A stretch of DNA of 64,000 nt from an uncultured bacterium. GTDB taxonomy: Bacteria > Eisenbacteria > RBG-16-71-46 > CAIMUX01 > VGJL01. Below are positions 17,917 to 27,529 of this stretch, piece by piece. The notes beneath the pieces are model-generated. The model was not told where the DNA came from. It was given only the letters and a program-made list of their open reading frames with translations, and did no database searches. The stretch lies in contig CAZNRY010000002.1 in the NCBI GenBank assembly GCA_964575675.1, positions 2,187 through 66,186 of the forward strand, written 5' to 3'. Both the position numbers and the translations under genes were made by a program. Positions within the stretch are counted from its first letter, which is position 1. The number at the start of each line of letters is the position of its first letter.

Positions 17917-20876
17917 GCGGGCATCCCTCCATCCGGCGGATCGCCCTGCAGGGGCGCCGTCAATACGATCATCGTGCCCTCCCTCGCCGCGCTCCGCACA
18001 TCGACCCGGCCTCCGAGGGAGGAGATCCTCTCGCGGATGCTGAAGAGCCCGAACCCGGCGGTCGGGAAGGCGAGATCGGTGACGTCCACCGGATCGAATC
18101 CAACCCCGTCGTCGACGACCGTGATCTGGATCTCAGCTCCGGAGCGGGCGGCGAGGACCTCGACGTTCCGCGCGCTCGCGTGCTTGACGATATTGATCAA
18201 GAGCTCCTGAACGGACCGAAAGAGAAAGGCGCGCACGTCGGGCCCCAGAGGCTTCTTCGCGCCGTCGTCGCGAAACGCGGCCTGGATGCCGTGCTCCCCG
18301 CGAAACCGTTCCACTGACCATTCGAGCGCCGGCTCGAGGCCCAGCTCGTCGAGGATCGGCGGGCTCAGATCGAAGGTGAGGGAGCGCGTGTCCTCGATCG
18401 TTTGGTCGATGAGGCCGCGGATTTCGTCGATCCCGGCGCCGAGCGCCGCGCCGGCCGTCTTCCGCAAAGCTCCGAGCCGCATCTTCGCGATTGCCAGGGT
18501 CTGCCCGATGCGGTCGTGCAACTCACCGGCGATGCGCCGGCGCTCCCGCAGCTCGATCAGGCCAAGCTCGGAGGAAAGGGCCCTGAGACGTTCCTGATGG
18601 GAGAGGAGCCTCTCCTCCGCCCGCTTTCGCTTCGTGATGTCGGAGACAATGACCAAGGCCGAGTTGCACTGCCCCTCGGAGTCAATCAGGGGATTGATCG
18701 TTGTTTCGTGCCAGCGCTCCTCGCCCTTGACCAGAGTCGGCATCTCAACGACGGCGAGCTCCTGCTCGTCGATCGCACGGCGGAGTAGGCCCACCTGCAC
18801 GTCGGCCCGCTCCTCCGGGAATACCTTCCACATCGACATTCCGATGAGCTTCTCGACGGGGATGCCCAGACGATCGGCCGCGATCGAATTGGCAAACTCG
18901 AAGATCCCGTCCCGATTGACCATGGCGATCGAGAGGCGGGCCCCCTCGACGAGGGACCGGTACTTCGCCTCGCTCTCGACGAGCGCGGCCTCGATCCGCA
19001 GGCGCTGGATCATCGCGCCGATGATGTTGCCCGCGGTCCGGAGGGCGTCGACGTCCGTGGCGGGCCATTCACGCTCGCACCCGCAGTCAGTCAGGCCGAG
19101 GATTCCCCACCACGTGTCCTCCACCTGGATCGGAACGAGGACGATGGCCTTGGCGCCGATCGACTCGAAGACATCCTGCACGGGGGGGGGGAGCGCGCTC
19201 TTGCGCGCCTGCCAAGGTTCGCGCCCCGCATACTCGATCCACGGACCGAACCCGAGGGATCGGAGCGAGTACTTCGAACCGCAAATAGGTCCGGGGTACG
19301 GGTGCGCGCCGGGTCCCATCCACGCGTTGCGGCGGATCACGACGTGCTCGCCGTCCGGTTCGACGCGGTTCTCATAGATGAAGGCGCGGTCGGCCCCTGT
19401 GGCGCGCCCGATCCGCTCGAGGAGATCGTCGACCCATTCCTCCCATTCAGGGAAAGTCGGAAAGTGCTCGGCCGCGAAGCTCACCGCCTGGAGGATCTGG
19501 ACGTGGCGGCGGATCTCCTCCTCGGCCGATTTGCGCGCCGTGATGTCGCAGAGGATCGCCTGCATGCGCCCGTCGGAGAGACGCTTGGCGAGGACTTCCG
19601 CGTGGATGATCCCGCCGGACTTCGTGACGAGGGGCAGCTCGATCCGCGGCGCCTCTCCCAGCCTCACCTGCTCGAAGTGGGCGTGGACGAGGTGGAGCAT
19701 CTCGGGAGAGACGGTGTCGGAGATTCGCATGCGGAGCATCTCATCGAGGGTGTAGCCGAGCATCTCGCATCCGCTGCGGTTCGCCTCTGTAAGCCACCCC
19801 TGCTCATCGGTGATGAAGATCCCGGTCGGGGCTTGCTCGATGGTCGTCCGCAGGCGCTCTTCGCTGCGGCGTAGGTCCTCCCTGACCCGCTCGCGCCGGA
19901 TCAAGGAGCCCATGATGCTGGCGATGGTGCGCAGGGCGTCGATCTCGAAAGGGAGCCACTCTCGCTCCGACTCGCAGTCGGACAGGCCGAGCACGCCCCA
20001 GAACCCCTCGTCGACCATGATCGGGAGCGAGAGGACCGACCGGATACCCAGTGTCTCGTGACTGGTGACATCCTTGGGATAGTCGCGCGTGTACGAGAGG
20101 ACGGGCTCGCCCTTCATGACGGTGTCGAGCCATGCGCCGTAGCCTGACGCTCGGAGCGGGAACCCCTCGAAGGAAAGGGTCTCCGGCCTGTGGTCATGTG
20201 CTGGATCCACCCAGAAGCGCCGGTTGAGCGTGCGGACTTCGCCGTCCGGTGTGGTGTGGGCTTCCCACATGTAGGCGCGGTGCGCGGAGAGGGCGCGCCC
20301 CAGAAGCTCGAGCGCGATCGGCGTCTGATCCAACCATCGCATCGATCCGACGAGCGCGGCGGCAGCCGTGGCCACGCCGCAGAGGACCGCCTCGCGTCGA
20401 AGCAGGTCGAGTTCATAATGCTTTCGGGCGGAAATGTCCCGGAAGATCACGACATCTGCCGGCTCGCCAACCCAGGTGATCGGCATCACGTTGACTTCGA
20501 TCGGGACATGCGTCCCGTCAGCGCGGAGCAGGGCCGACTCGTACCGGGCGGGGGCCGGCCCGCCGGCGTGCCGAACCGCTCGAATCGCCGCGGCCTTGGC
20601 GAACGCGTCCGGCGTGAGCACCCGCCCGAGATTGAGCTCGGGCAAGTCCTTCTGACTGTATCCTGTGAGCTCGGCAGCGCCGCGGTTGGCGAAGATGACA
20701 CTTCCGTCGCGGGCGAGCACGACGATCCCGTCCGTCGCGTCCTCGACCAGGGCCCGGAAGTCCAGCTGCTCATCCGGTCGAGACTGCTGATCAAAGGGCA
20801 CGGAGCCTCCCCAGGTTCGCCAAACGGACTGTAGAATCAGCGAACTGATTGTCGGCCGTGGAGGGTCCTCTGTCAA
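17913..20876 (-). CDS. Cytoplasmic multi-domain sensor histidine kinase (tandem PAS/GAF domains, HisKA_3 H-box, HATPase_c).
   Basis: 987 aa with no TM segments. H-box ELHDRIGQTLAIAKMRL and C-terminal ATPase G-boxes (VVDDGVGFD, GFGLFSIRER). ATGA overlap with the downstream response regulator. Confidence 0.85.
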   Translation of the reverse strand: MTEDPPRPTISSLILQSVWRTWGGSVPFDQQSRPDEQLDFRALVEDATDGIVVLARDGSVIFANRGAAELTGYSQKDLPELNLGRVLTPDAFAKAAAIRAVRHAGGPAPARYESALLRADGTHVPIEVNVMPITWVGEPADVVIFRDISARKHYELDLLRREAVLCGVATAAAALVGSMRWLDQTPIALELLGRALSAHRAYMWEAHTTPDGEVRTLNRRFWVDPAHDHRPETLSFEGFPLRASGYGAWLDTVMKGEPVLSYTRDYPKDVTSHETLGIRSVLSLPIMVDEGFWGVLGLSDCESEREWLPFEIDALRTIASIMGSLIRRERVREDLRRSEERLRTTIEQAPTGIFITDEQGWLTEANRSGCEMLGYTLDEMLRMRISDTVSPEMLHLVHAHFEQVRLGEAPRIELPLVTKSGGIIHAEVLAKRLSDGRMQAILCDITARKSAEEEIRRHVQILQAVSFAAEHFPTFPEWEEWVDDLLERIGRATGADRAFIYENRVEPDGEHVVIRRNAWMGPGAHPYPGPICGSKYSLRSLGFGPWIEYAGREPWQARKSALPPPVQDVFESIGAKAIVLVPIQVEDTWWGILGLTDCGCEREWPATDVDALRTAGNIIGAMIQRLRIEAALVESEAKYRSLVEGARLSIAMVNRDGIFEFANSIAADRLGIPVEKLIGMSMWKVFPEERADVQVGLLRRAIDEQELAVVEMPTLVKGEERWHETTINPLIDSEGQCNSALVIVSDITKRKRAEERLLSHQERLRALSSELGLIELRERRRIAGELHDRIGQTLAIAKMRLGALRKTAGAALGAGIDEIRGLIDQTIEDTRSLTFDLSPPILDELGLEPALEWSVERFRGEHGIQAAFRDDGAKKPLGPDVRAFLFRSVQELLINIVKHASARNVEVLAARSGAEIQITVVDDGVGFDPVDVTDLAFPTAGFGLFSIRERISSLGGRVDVRSAAREGTMIVLTAPLQGDPPDGGMPA

Positions 20877-20894
20877 CTCGCGATGCCGGCGATC

Positions 20895-22112
20895 CTATGC
20901 GTCTCGGCCGCCGGAGGGGCGCGCGGGCCGCTTGCTGCGGCTCCGGCCGCGAATGGACGACCCAAGCTCGAAGTAGGCGCGCGTCGAATCCATCAGCGAC
21001 TTGAAGCGGCGACGGTCCTTCCTTCGGATCGCCGTCGCGAACGCCTCGAGCGCGGAAGAGAAACTGCGGAGGAGAATCGGCGTGGCCGTGCTCTCTGTCT
21101 GGATCTCGAAGTACAGGTCTTGGTTCTCGGCGGATACGGAGCGACTGACCCGCGTCTGGGAAGCGAATGTCGTGCTGCCGGCGGCTGAAAGCGTCTCATA
21201 CGACAATCCGCTCGTCGCGAGCGCGCGGGCAAAGACCAGGCTTGTGAGGTGCGAGAGGCCGAGAACATAGCTCATCAGCTCATCGTGGCGTTCGATCGGA
21301 ATCGAGACGAGGGCTGCCGTCGTCTGCTCGAAGAACCGCCCCGCCACGATGGAGTGATCGGTTCCCTGCGTCCGGCAGAGGAGGACGTTTCTGCCGGCAA
21401 GGACGTCGGCGTCGGGACCGAACATCGGGTGGATCGATGCGACGCGCAGGCCCTTCGCCAGGGCGCTATCGATGGATCTCCTGACGGGTTGTTTCAACGA
21501 GCAGACATCGAAGATGAGCGCGGATGTGCCGGTCCGGACAATCCGGTCGAGGATCGGGGCGGTCGCGGCGATCGGGGTCGCCAAAGCCACGACCGAATGC
21601 TCTACGGCGGCCCGCGCGAGGTCCTGCGCACGGGGGAACTCCGTGCGCGTTCGGACGCCGGGACGGTCAAGGACGGTCACGCTGTGTCCGAGCGAGCTGA
21701 AGAAGCGAGCGAGCCAGCGGCCCATGCCCCCGAGACCGCCGACGACGAGGATCCTCTCCCCGGCGGCCGACGGCTCCTGAACGAGCAGGCGCCGGTCGGC
21801 GTCTTGTACGCGGGTCGCGTGCTCGATCAAGAGGCGCGTGACCTCATCGACCAGTGGGGACGCAAGGCCAAGACGTTCGGCCCTGCTCCGGTTGCGCTCC
21901 ACGACCTGTCGCTCGATCTGGAAATCCTGCACGGGGAGGCCATGGTCGCGCTTGACGCGGCCGATCCGGCGAGCCAGGAGAAGGCGCTTGGCCACGAGAT
22001 CCAGGATCTCTCCGTCTATCTGCGCGACCGACTCGCGGAGAGTTCTCATGTTCCTCTCGATGGAACCGCGCCCCCCCCCCCGTCGATCGTCAGCGGATCG
22101 CTTCGTGGGCAT
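20895..22112 (-). CDS. tyrA: Bifunctional chorismate mutase / prephenate dehydrogenase.
   Basis: N-terminal AroQ chorismate mutase (LRESVAQIDGEILDLVAKRLLLARRIGRVK) followed by a prephenate dehydrogenase Rossmann fold (ILVVGGLGGMGRWLARFF). The start may be an internal ATG. Confidence 0.8.
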   Translation of the reverse strand: MPTKRSADDRRGGGRGSIERNMRTLRESVAQIDGEILDLVAKRLLLARRIGRVKRDHGLPVQDFQIERQVVERNRSRAERLGLASPLVDEVTRLLIEHATRVQDADRRLLVQEPSAAGERILVVGGLGGMGRWLARFFSSLGHSVTVLDRPGVRTRTEFPRAQDLARAAVEHSVVALATPIAATAPILDRIVRTGTSALIFDVCSLKQPVRRSIDSALAKGLRVASIHPMFGPDADVLAGRNVLLCRTQGTDHSIVAGRFFEQTTAALVSIPIERHDELMSYVLGLSHLTSLVFARALATSGLSYETLSAAGSTTFASQTRVSRSVSAENQDLYFEIQTESTATPILLRSFSSALEAFATAIRRKDRRRFKSLMDSTRAYFELGSSIRGRSRSKRPARPSGGRDA

Positions 22113-23127
22113 TGAGAAGAACCTCCCGCGTCGTCTCCCACCCGATGCACGCGTCCGTGATCGACACCCCGTAGGTCAGGGGGCCTGCGAGCTCCTGCCG
22201 CCCCTCGACCAGGTTGCTCTCGAGCATCATGCCGAGGATTGAATCGCCGGCCCGGAGATACTGGGCGAGGACGTCGGAGAAGATCCCCGGCTGCCGCGCG
22301 TGATCCTTCCCGCTATTGCCGTGACTGCAATCGACCATCACGCGGCGTCCTTGGCAGAATCGTCCGAGAAGACCGCCAGCCTTGGCGATGTCGGCGCTGG
22401 AGTAGTTCGGCCTTCCTCCACCTCCCCGGAGGACGAGGTGCACGTCGGGATTGCCGGTCGTCTTGACGATGCTGGATCTGCCCGCCTGGTCGATCCCGAG
22501 GAAGGCGTGGGGATGAAGGGCCGAGATCATCGCCTCGATCGCGGTGTCGACGTTGCCGTCGGTCGCGTTCTTGAAGCCAACGGGCATCGACAGCCCGCTC
22601 GCCATTTCGCGGTGCGTCTGGCTCTCGCTCGTGCGCGCGCCGATCGCCGCCCAGGAGATCATTTCCGCCGTGTACTGGGGGACGATCGGATCGAGGAACT
22701 CCGTCCCGCAGGGGAGGCCGAGTGCGTTGGTTTCGTTCAGCAGACGCCGGGCGAGGCGCAACCCGGCGTTGATGTCGAAGGTTGCATCCCGGTGAGGGTC
22801 GTTGATCAGACCCTTCCATCCGACCGTCGTGCGGGGCTTCTCGAAGTAGAAGCGCATGACGATGATCATCTTGTCCTGTACGGAACGGCTCAACTCGGCC
22901 AGACGCGCCGCGTAGTCCATGGCGGCGTCAGGATCGTGGATCGAGCAGGGACCCGCGACGACGAGGAGGCGCCGATCCTCGCCGCGGAGCGCGGCCTTGA
23001 TTGCCTCGCGGCTGCGAAGGACGGTCTCCGCGGCCTGTGAGCTCAGCGGAACGTCGCGCTTGATCGCATCCGGAGGGTCGATCGGCAGGAAACTCGATAC
23101 GTGCAGGTTATTGAGGGCGCCGGGCAC
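22090..23127 (-). CDS. aroG: 3-deoxy-7-phosphoheptulonate (DAHP) synthase, class I.
   Basis: LVVAGPCSIHDPDAAMDYA, GLPCGTEFLDP, VDCSHGNS. Confidence 0.9.
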   Translation of the reverse strand: MPGALNNLHVSSFLPIDPPDAIKRDVPLSSQAAETVLRSREAIKAALRGEDRRLLVVAGPCSIHDPDAAMDYAARLAELSRSVQDKMIIVMRFYFEKPRTTVGWKGLINDPHRDATFDINAGLRLARRLLNETNALGLPCGTEFLDPIVPQYTAEMISWAAIGARTSESQTHREMASGLSMPVGFKNATDGNVDTAIEAMISALHPHAFLGIDQAGRSSIVKTTGNPDVHLVLRGGGGRPNYSSADIAKAGGLLGRFCQGRRVMVDCSHGNSGKDHARQPGIFSDVLAQYLRAGDSILGMMLESNLVEGRQELAGPLTYGVSITDACIGWETTREVLLNAHEAIR

Positions 23128-23274
23128 GCGTCAGGGGCCTCGCTCTCCGGCGGGGGGCCGAAGAAGGAAGATGTTGCCGCGGTTAGGCCATGATACGGCA
23201 TGCGGGGGGATTGGGCGGAAGCGAATCGCATCTGGGCCGGGGGTGGGTAGTCCGTTGACCGGGATGGCCGCCGG

Positions 23275-24345
23275 TCAGACGCTGAAGCGCACGTGCAGGA
23301 TCTCTCCGTCCTGAACCGGGTAGTCCTTCCCCTCGAGACGAAGGATGCCGCGCTTTTTCGCCTCCGCCAGGGATCCGCACTCCTGGAGGAGGGACCAGTG
23401 GATGACCTCGCCCCGGATGAATCCACGTTCTAGGTCGCTGTGAATCACCCCCGCGGCCTGGCGGGCGGGGGAATCCCTGCGAACCGTCCAGCCCCGGACT
23501 TCATCCTCCCCGACGGTGAAGAAGGTGATCAGATTGAGCGCGGAATACGCGTGGCGGAGGAAGCGATGGAGTCCGGGCTCCTCGAGGTGGTAGGCGGCCA
23601 GCAACTCGGCGCGATCGGCCGGCTCGAGCAGCGCGATTTCCGCTTCGACCTTTGCCGAGAGGAGGAACAAGGGCCAACGACGCTGCTCGCAGAATGCGCG
23701 CAGCCCGGCGACGGCCGGATTGCCGGATGGGCCGGCGAGATCCTCTTCCGAGAGATTCGCGATCGCAAGGATCGGTCTCCTCGTGAGGAGGCCGTACTGG
23801 CGGACGAGCTTCTCGCCGTCGGCGCTCAGGGCGGCCCCTCGCAGACCATCGCCCGATTCAAGCGGGCCGACCAAGCTGAGGAGGAAGGTGTGGCGCCTCT
23901 CCGCGTCGGGGTTGTGCTTGCTCTTGGCGGCCATCTCGACGTTCTCGATCCCCTTGCTCACGATCGCGTAATCGGAGAAGACGATCTCTTCCCAAGCCCG
24001 CGTGAGCGACGAGAGGGCCTGCTCCGCCGCCTCCGGCCGGAAGAGGTCGAGAACAATCGCCATTCCGTCTGCCTTACGGACCTCGTTCATGGCGGCTGTC
24101 TGGAGCTTTGGATCTGTCTGGGGATCGAAGCCCGGAAGATCGAGGACTTCTACCTGGACGGGAGTGCTCTTCTTCGGCGTGAAGATCGCGCACAGCTTCT
24201 CGAAACGAGGATCGTGGACGGGAACCATCGCGCGGTCGGCGGTGAAGTTCTGCTTGAGCGGCGCCCGGGATGGGACGCCGCCCAGTAGCTCGAAGACGGT
24301 GCTTTTCCCGCTCCCGGGCGGGCCGATCAAGGCGAGACTGGGCAT
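23275..24345 (-). CDS. ychF: Ribosome-binding ATPase YchF (Obg-family GTPase with TGS domain).
   Basis: P-loop IGPPGSGKST. The C-terminal TGS/DUF933 block ERGFIRGEVIHW...AKKRGILRLEGKDYPVQDGEILHVRFSV is near-identical in pattern to YchF. Confidence 0.8.
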   Translation of the reverse strand: MPSLALIGPPGSGKSTVFELLGGVPSRAPLKQNFTADRAMVPVHDPRFEKLCAIFTPKKSTPVQVEVLDLPGFDPQTDPKLQTAAMNEVRKADGMAIVLDLFRPEAAEQALSSLTRAWEEIVFSDYAIVSKGIENVEMAAKSKHNPDAERRHTFLLSLVGPLESGDGLRGAALSADGEKLVRQYGLLTRRPILAIANLSEEDLAGPSGNPAVAGLRAFCEQRRWPLFLLSAKVEAEIALLEPADRAELLAAYHLEEPGLHRFLRHAYSALNLITFFTVGEDEVRGWTVRRDSPARQAAGVIHSDLERGFIRGEVIHWSLLQECGSLAEAKKRGILRLEGKDYPVQDGEILHVRFSV

Positions 24346-24490
24346 CGATCCTCCGATTGGACAATATCTTGGTGGAGGATACAGGAGAGCAGGCGGAAGC
24401 GCAAAGCGACTTGCCCGCGTTCTCTTCTTTTCGCTAACCTGCTGAAGGCTTTCCGCACTCGACGACTGGCTCTGGGAAGGGAGGTTGGTG

Positions 24491-26887
24491 ATGACGACGA
24501 ACGCCAGCGGCCTTCACGCGCAAACCATGGGATTCGCTCCCCGGCGAGCGATCTATGTCCCGGTGACCGAGGAGCTCAATGCCGGGCGGGTTCCGGGTCG
24601 GGCGCCCGATGAGGAGCTGATCGCGGACCTCGAGCGCTACGATCTGCTGTACCGGACGCTCTGCGGGGTTCTCTACAACTTCGTTCCGACATCGGGACAT
24701 CCCGGGGGAAGCATCTCCTCGGGACGGATCGTCGCCGCGCTTCTCTTCGCACTCCTCGACTACGATTTCAGCGAACCCGACGAGCCGGCGAACGACCTCC
24801 TCGTTTACGCGGCTGGACACAAGGCGATGGGGCTCTATGCGATGTGGGCGCTCCGCAACGAGGTCGTTCGGGTGGGGGCGAACGGTCTGCTACCGGCGAG
24901 CGTCAAGTACCAGCTCCGCCTCGAGGATTTGCTCGGCTTCCGGCGCAACCCGACCAGCAAGACCCCTCTCTTCCGGGAGTACGCGGCGAAAGCACTCGAT
25001 GGGCATCCGACCCCTACGACCCCCGGCGTGCGCATCGCGACCGGCGCCTCGGGCGTTGGGGTCCCGGCTGGAATCGGCCTTGCGTTCGGGATGCTCGATT
25101 CCTTCGGACCCGATGACGCTCCCCACGTCCACCTTCTCGAGGGGGAAGGGGGAATGACGCCCGGACGCGTTTCGGAAGCGCTTGCGACCGCTGCGACGGC
25201 GGGGCTCTTGAACGTGTTCCTCCACGTCGACTGGAACCAGGCCAGCATCGACTCCAACCGCGTGTGCCGCGAGGGGGAGAAGCCGGGCGACTACGTACAG
25301 TGGAATCCGATGGAGATGGCGTACCTCCACGACTGGAATGTCTACCGGGTCGATGACGGAAGCGACATCCGGCAGATCCTGGCCGGGGTCGAGCTGGCCC
25401 GGCAGCACCCGAACGACCAGCCGACGGCGATCGTCTACCGCACCGTCAAGGGCTGGCGGTACGGGATCGAGGGGCGCGCCTCGCACGGCGCGGGGCACAA
25501 GTTCTGCTCCGATGAGTACTACGTCTCGCTGAAGGAGTTCGAGGATCGCTTCGACCTGAGGTTCCCGCGTTTCGACGGGAACAAGGCGCCTGAGGCCTTG
25601 GAGCGCACGTTCTGGGACACGCTCCTTGTGTTCCGGCAGGTGATCGAGCGCGAGGGGTTCGTTCCCCGGCTCGCCGCCCGTATCGGAGAGCGCCGCGAGA
25701 ACCTGAAGCGCCAAGGGCGCGCCATGCGGGCGGATCGCCCCGATCTCTCGGCGCTCTACGGCCCGGCCATTCGCGCCGACCAGGTTCCCGACGAGCTCGC
25801 GCTGAAGCCGGGGACGGAAGCCACGCTTCGCGCGGCCCTCGGAGATGCCCTCGGGTACGTCAATCGCGCGACGAGGGGCGGCATCATCGCGGCCGCTGCA
25901 GACCTTCTCGGTTCGACGAGCGTCTCGAACATCGGCAAGGGGTTTCCGGAAGGGTTCTACCAGGCCCGAACGAACGCGGGTTCGCGCCTCGTCGCCTGCG
26001 GGGGAATCTGCGAGGACTGCATCGGCGCCTTCCTGTCCGGGCTGTCGAGCTATGGACAGCACATCGGCGTGGGCTCCTCCTACGCGGCGTTCATCGCAGC
26101 GCTGCAACACATCGCGTCACGCCTCCACGGGATCGGCCAGCAAGCCCGGCACGAGCTGTCGGGCGATCCGAGGCGAACCTTCGTTATGGTCTGTGCGCAT
26201 GCCGGCCTCAAGACCGGGGAGGACGGTCCCACGCATGCGGACCCGCAGGCGCTGCAGCTCCTCCAGGAGAACTTTCCGCCCGAGACCTGCATCACCCTCA
26301 CGCCCTGGGAGCCCGCCGAGTTGTGGCCGCTCACGATCGCAGCTTTGAAGGCTCGCCCGGCGGTCCTTGCCCCCTTCGTGACGCGCCCCAACGAGAAGGT
26401 CCCCCACCGTGGCGCGCTCGGGCTGCCTCCGGCGACCGAGTCGATCAAGGGCGTCTATGCTCTGCGGACTGCCGACGCGAACGCGCAGCCGTACCATGGG
26501 ACGATCGTTCTTCAGGAAAGCGGCGTCGTTTATGCCTTCGTCGACGAGGTTCTTCCGAGGCTGCACAAGGACGGGCTGAGGATGAACATCTACCTCGTGA
26601 CGAGCGCGGAGCTGTTTGCGGCCCTCCCGGCCGAGGAGAGGCGCCGGATCTTCCACCCCGATCGGGCGCGGGAGTCGATGGGGATCACCGGCTTCACGAT
26701 GCCGACGCTGTACCGGTGGGTCGCATCCGAGAAGGGGAGGGAGCTGTCCCTCCACGCCTTCTCGCGCGGACGCTACCCGGGGAGCGGACAGGCGCAGATG
26801 GTGATGGAGGAGGCGGGGCTCGACGGGGAATCGCAATATCAGGCGATCCGCCGCTACGTCGACGTCTTCTCGCAGGTACGGGGGTAG
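24491..26887 (+). CDS. Transketolase-family thiamine-diphosphate enzyme, long (~800 aa) form.
   Basis: TPP-binding N-terminal motif SGHPGGSISSGRIVAALLF and Pyr-domain motif GEDGPTHADPQALQ. Too long and too divergent for canonical Tkt, so the exact function is unassigned. GGAGG lies 7 nt upstream of ATG 24491. Confidence 0.55.
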   Translation: MTTNASGLHAQTMGFAPRRAIYVPVTEELNAGRVPGRAPDEELIADLERYDLLYRTLCGVLYNFVPTSGHPGGSISSGRIVAALLFALLDYDFSEPDEPANDLLVYAAGHKAMGLYAMWALRNEVVRVGANGLLPASVKYQLRLEDLLGFRRNPTSKTPLFREYAAKALDGHPTPTTPGVRIATGASGVGVPAGIGLAFGMLDSFGPDDAPHVHLLEGEGGMTPGRVSEALATAATAGLLNVFLHVDWNQASIDSNRVCREGEKPGDYVQWNPMEMAYLHDWNVYRVDDGSDIRQILAGVELARQHPNDQPTAIVYRTVKGWRYGIEGRASHGAGHKFCSDEYYVSLKEFEDRFDLRFPRFDGNKAPEALERTFWDTLLVFRQVIEREGFVPRLAARIGERRENLKRQGRAMRADRPDLSALYGPAIRADQVPDELALKPGTEATLRAALGDALGYVNRATRGGIIAAAADLLGSTSVSNIGKGFPEGFYQARTNAGSRLVACGGICEDCIGAFLSGLSSYGQHIGVGSSYAAFIAALQHIASRLHGIGQQARHELSGDPRRTFVMVCAHAGLKTGEDGPTHADPQALQLLQENFPPETCITLTPWEPAELWPLTIAALKARPAVLAPFVTRPNEKVPHRGALGLPPATESIKGVYALRTADANAQPYHGTIVLQESGVVYAFVDEVLPRLHKDGLRMNIYLVTSAELFAALPAEERRRIFHPDRARESMGITGFTMPTLYRWVASEKGRELSLHAFSRGRYPGSGQAQMVMEEAGLDGESQYQAIRRYVDVFSQVRG

Positions 26888-26933
26888 TCGCCGGGCGGCC
26901 GCTCATGCGGGAGGGGAGCGGCCGCGCTCCCTT

Positions 26934-27209
26934 CTAACGCTTCAAGAGGATCCACGCGCCCGCGGCGAGGAACAGCAGACCCGAGACCCAGCGGATCATC
27001 GCCGGGGGGATCGTCCGGGCCAGGAAGGCTCCGGCCCCGACTGCGATCGCGGAGGCGCAGGTGAGGGCGAGGGCGGCGGCGGCGAAGATCACCCAGGGCG
27101 CATGATGCGCCTGTTCCTTGCCGGCCAGAGCCAAGGCCGCGAGCTGGGTCTTGTCGCCGAGCTCGGCGACGAATATCAGGGCGAACGTCGAGAAGAACAA
27201 GCGCAGCAT
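26934..27209 (-). CDS. UPF0016/GDT1-TMEM165-like single-repeat membrane protein (putative Ca2+/Mn2+ cation transporter half-unit).
   Basis: ~91-95 aa with three TM segments and the family signature E-x-G-D-(K/R)-T (AELGDKTQLA). The track ORF (201 aa) has a spurious N-terminal extension. GGAGG lies 5 nt upstream of the ATG at 27209; an alternative ATG is at 27221. Confidence 0.65.
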   Translation of the reverse strand: MLRLFFSTFALIFVAELGDKTQLAALALAGKEQAHHAPWVIFAAAALALTCASAIAVGAGAFLARTIPPAMIRWVSGLLFLAAGAWILLKR

Positions 27210-27529
27210 CGGGACCTCCATCGGGAATACCCGGATCGAATGTAACCTCTCCGTCCGGGAGATGCGACCTTGCCGGGCGGGCCCCGGAGATTGAACCTTG
27301 ATCCCGTCCTCGGCCGGCCGTACCCTTCCACCGCAGGGAAGAAACCTGCGCCCGAGGAGTCGGCATGATGGGGAGGTGGCATGGGTAGGAAGCGGACCTG
27401 CCGAACGCGTCGCATGAGGCGCCCATCCTCCGATCCAGACCCTGCCATCGTTGCTCCCCCGCTCCCTTTCTTCCGCCAGCCGATTGATGTTCTCCAGGCT
27501 CGCTTCCGTCGGTCTCACTCCAAACACTG

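Noticed and set aside
27210-27529. Possible yybP-ykoY Mn2+ riboswitch in the leader of the UPF0016/GDT1-like gene.
   Set aside because: I reverse-complemented the leader and could not find the conserved GGGGAGUAG / UUGUCA / GAGAC elements. It is left as a check only.
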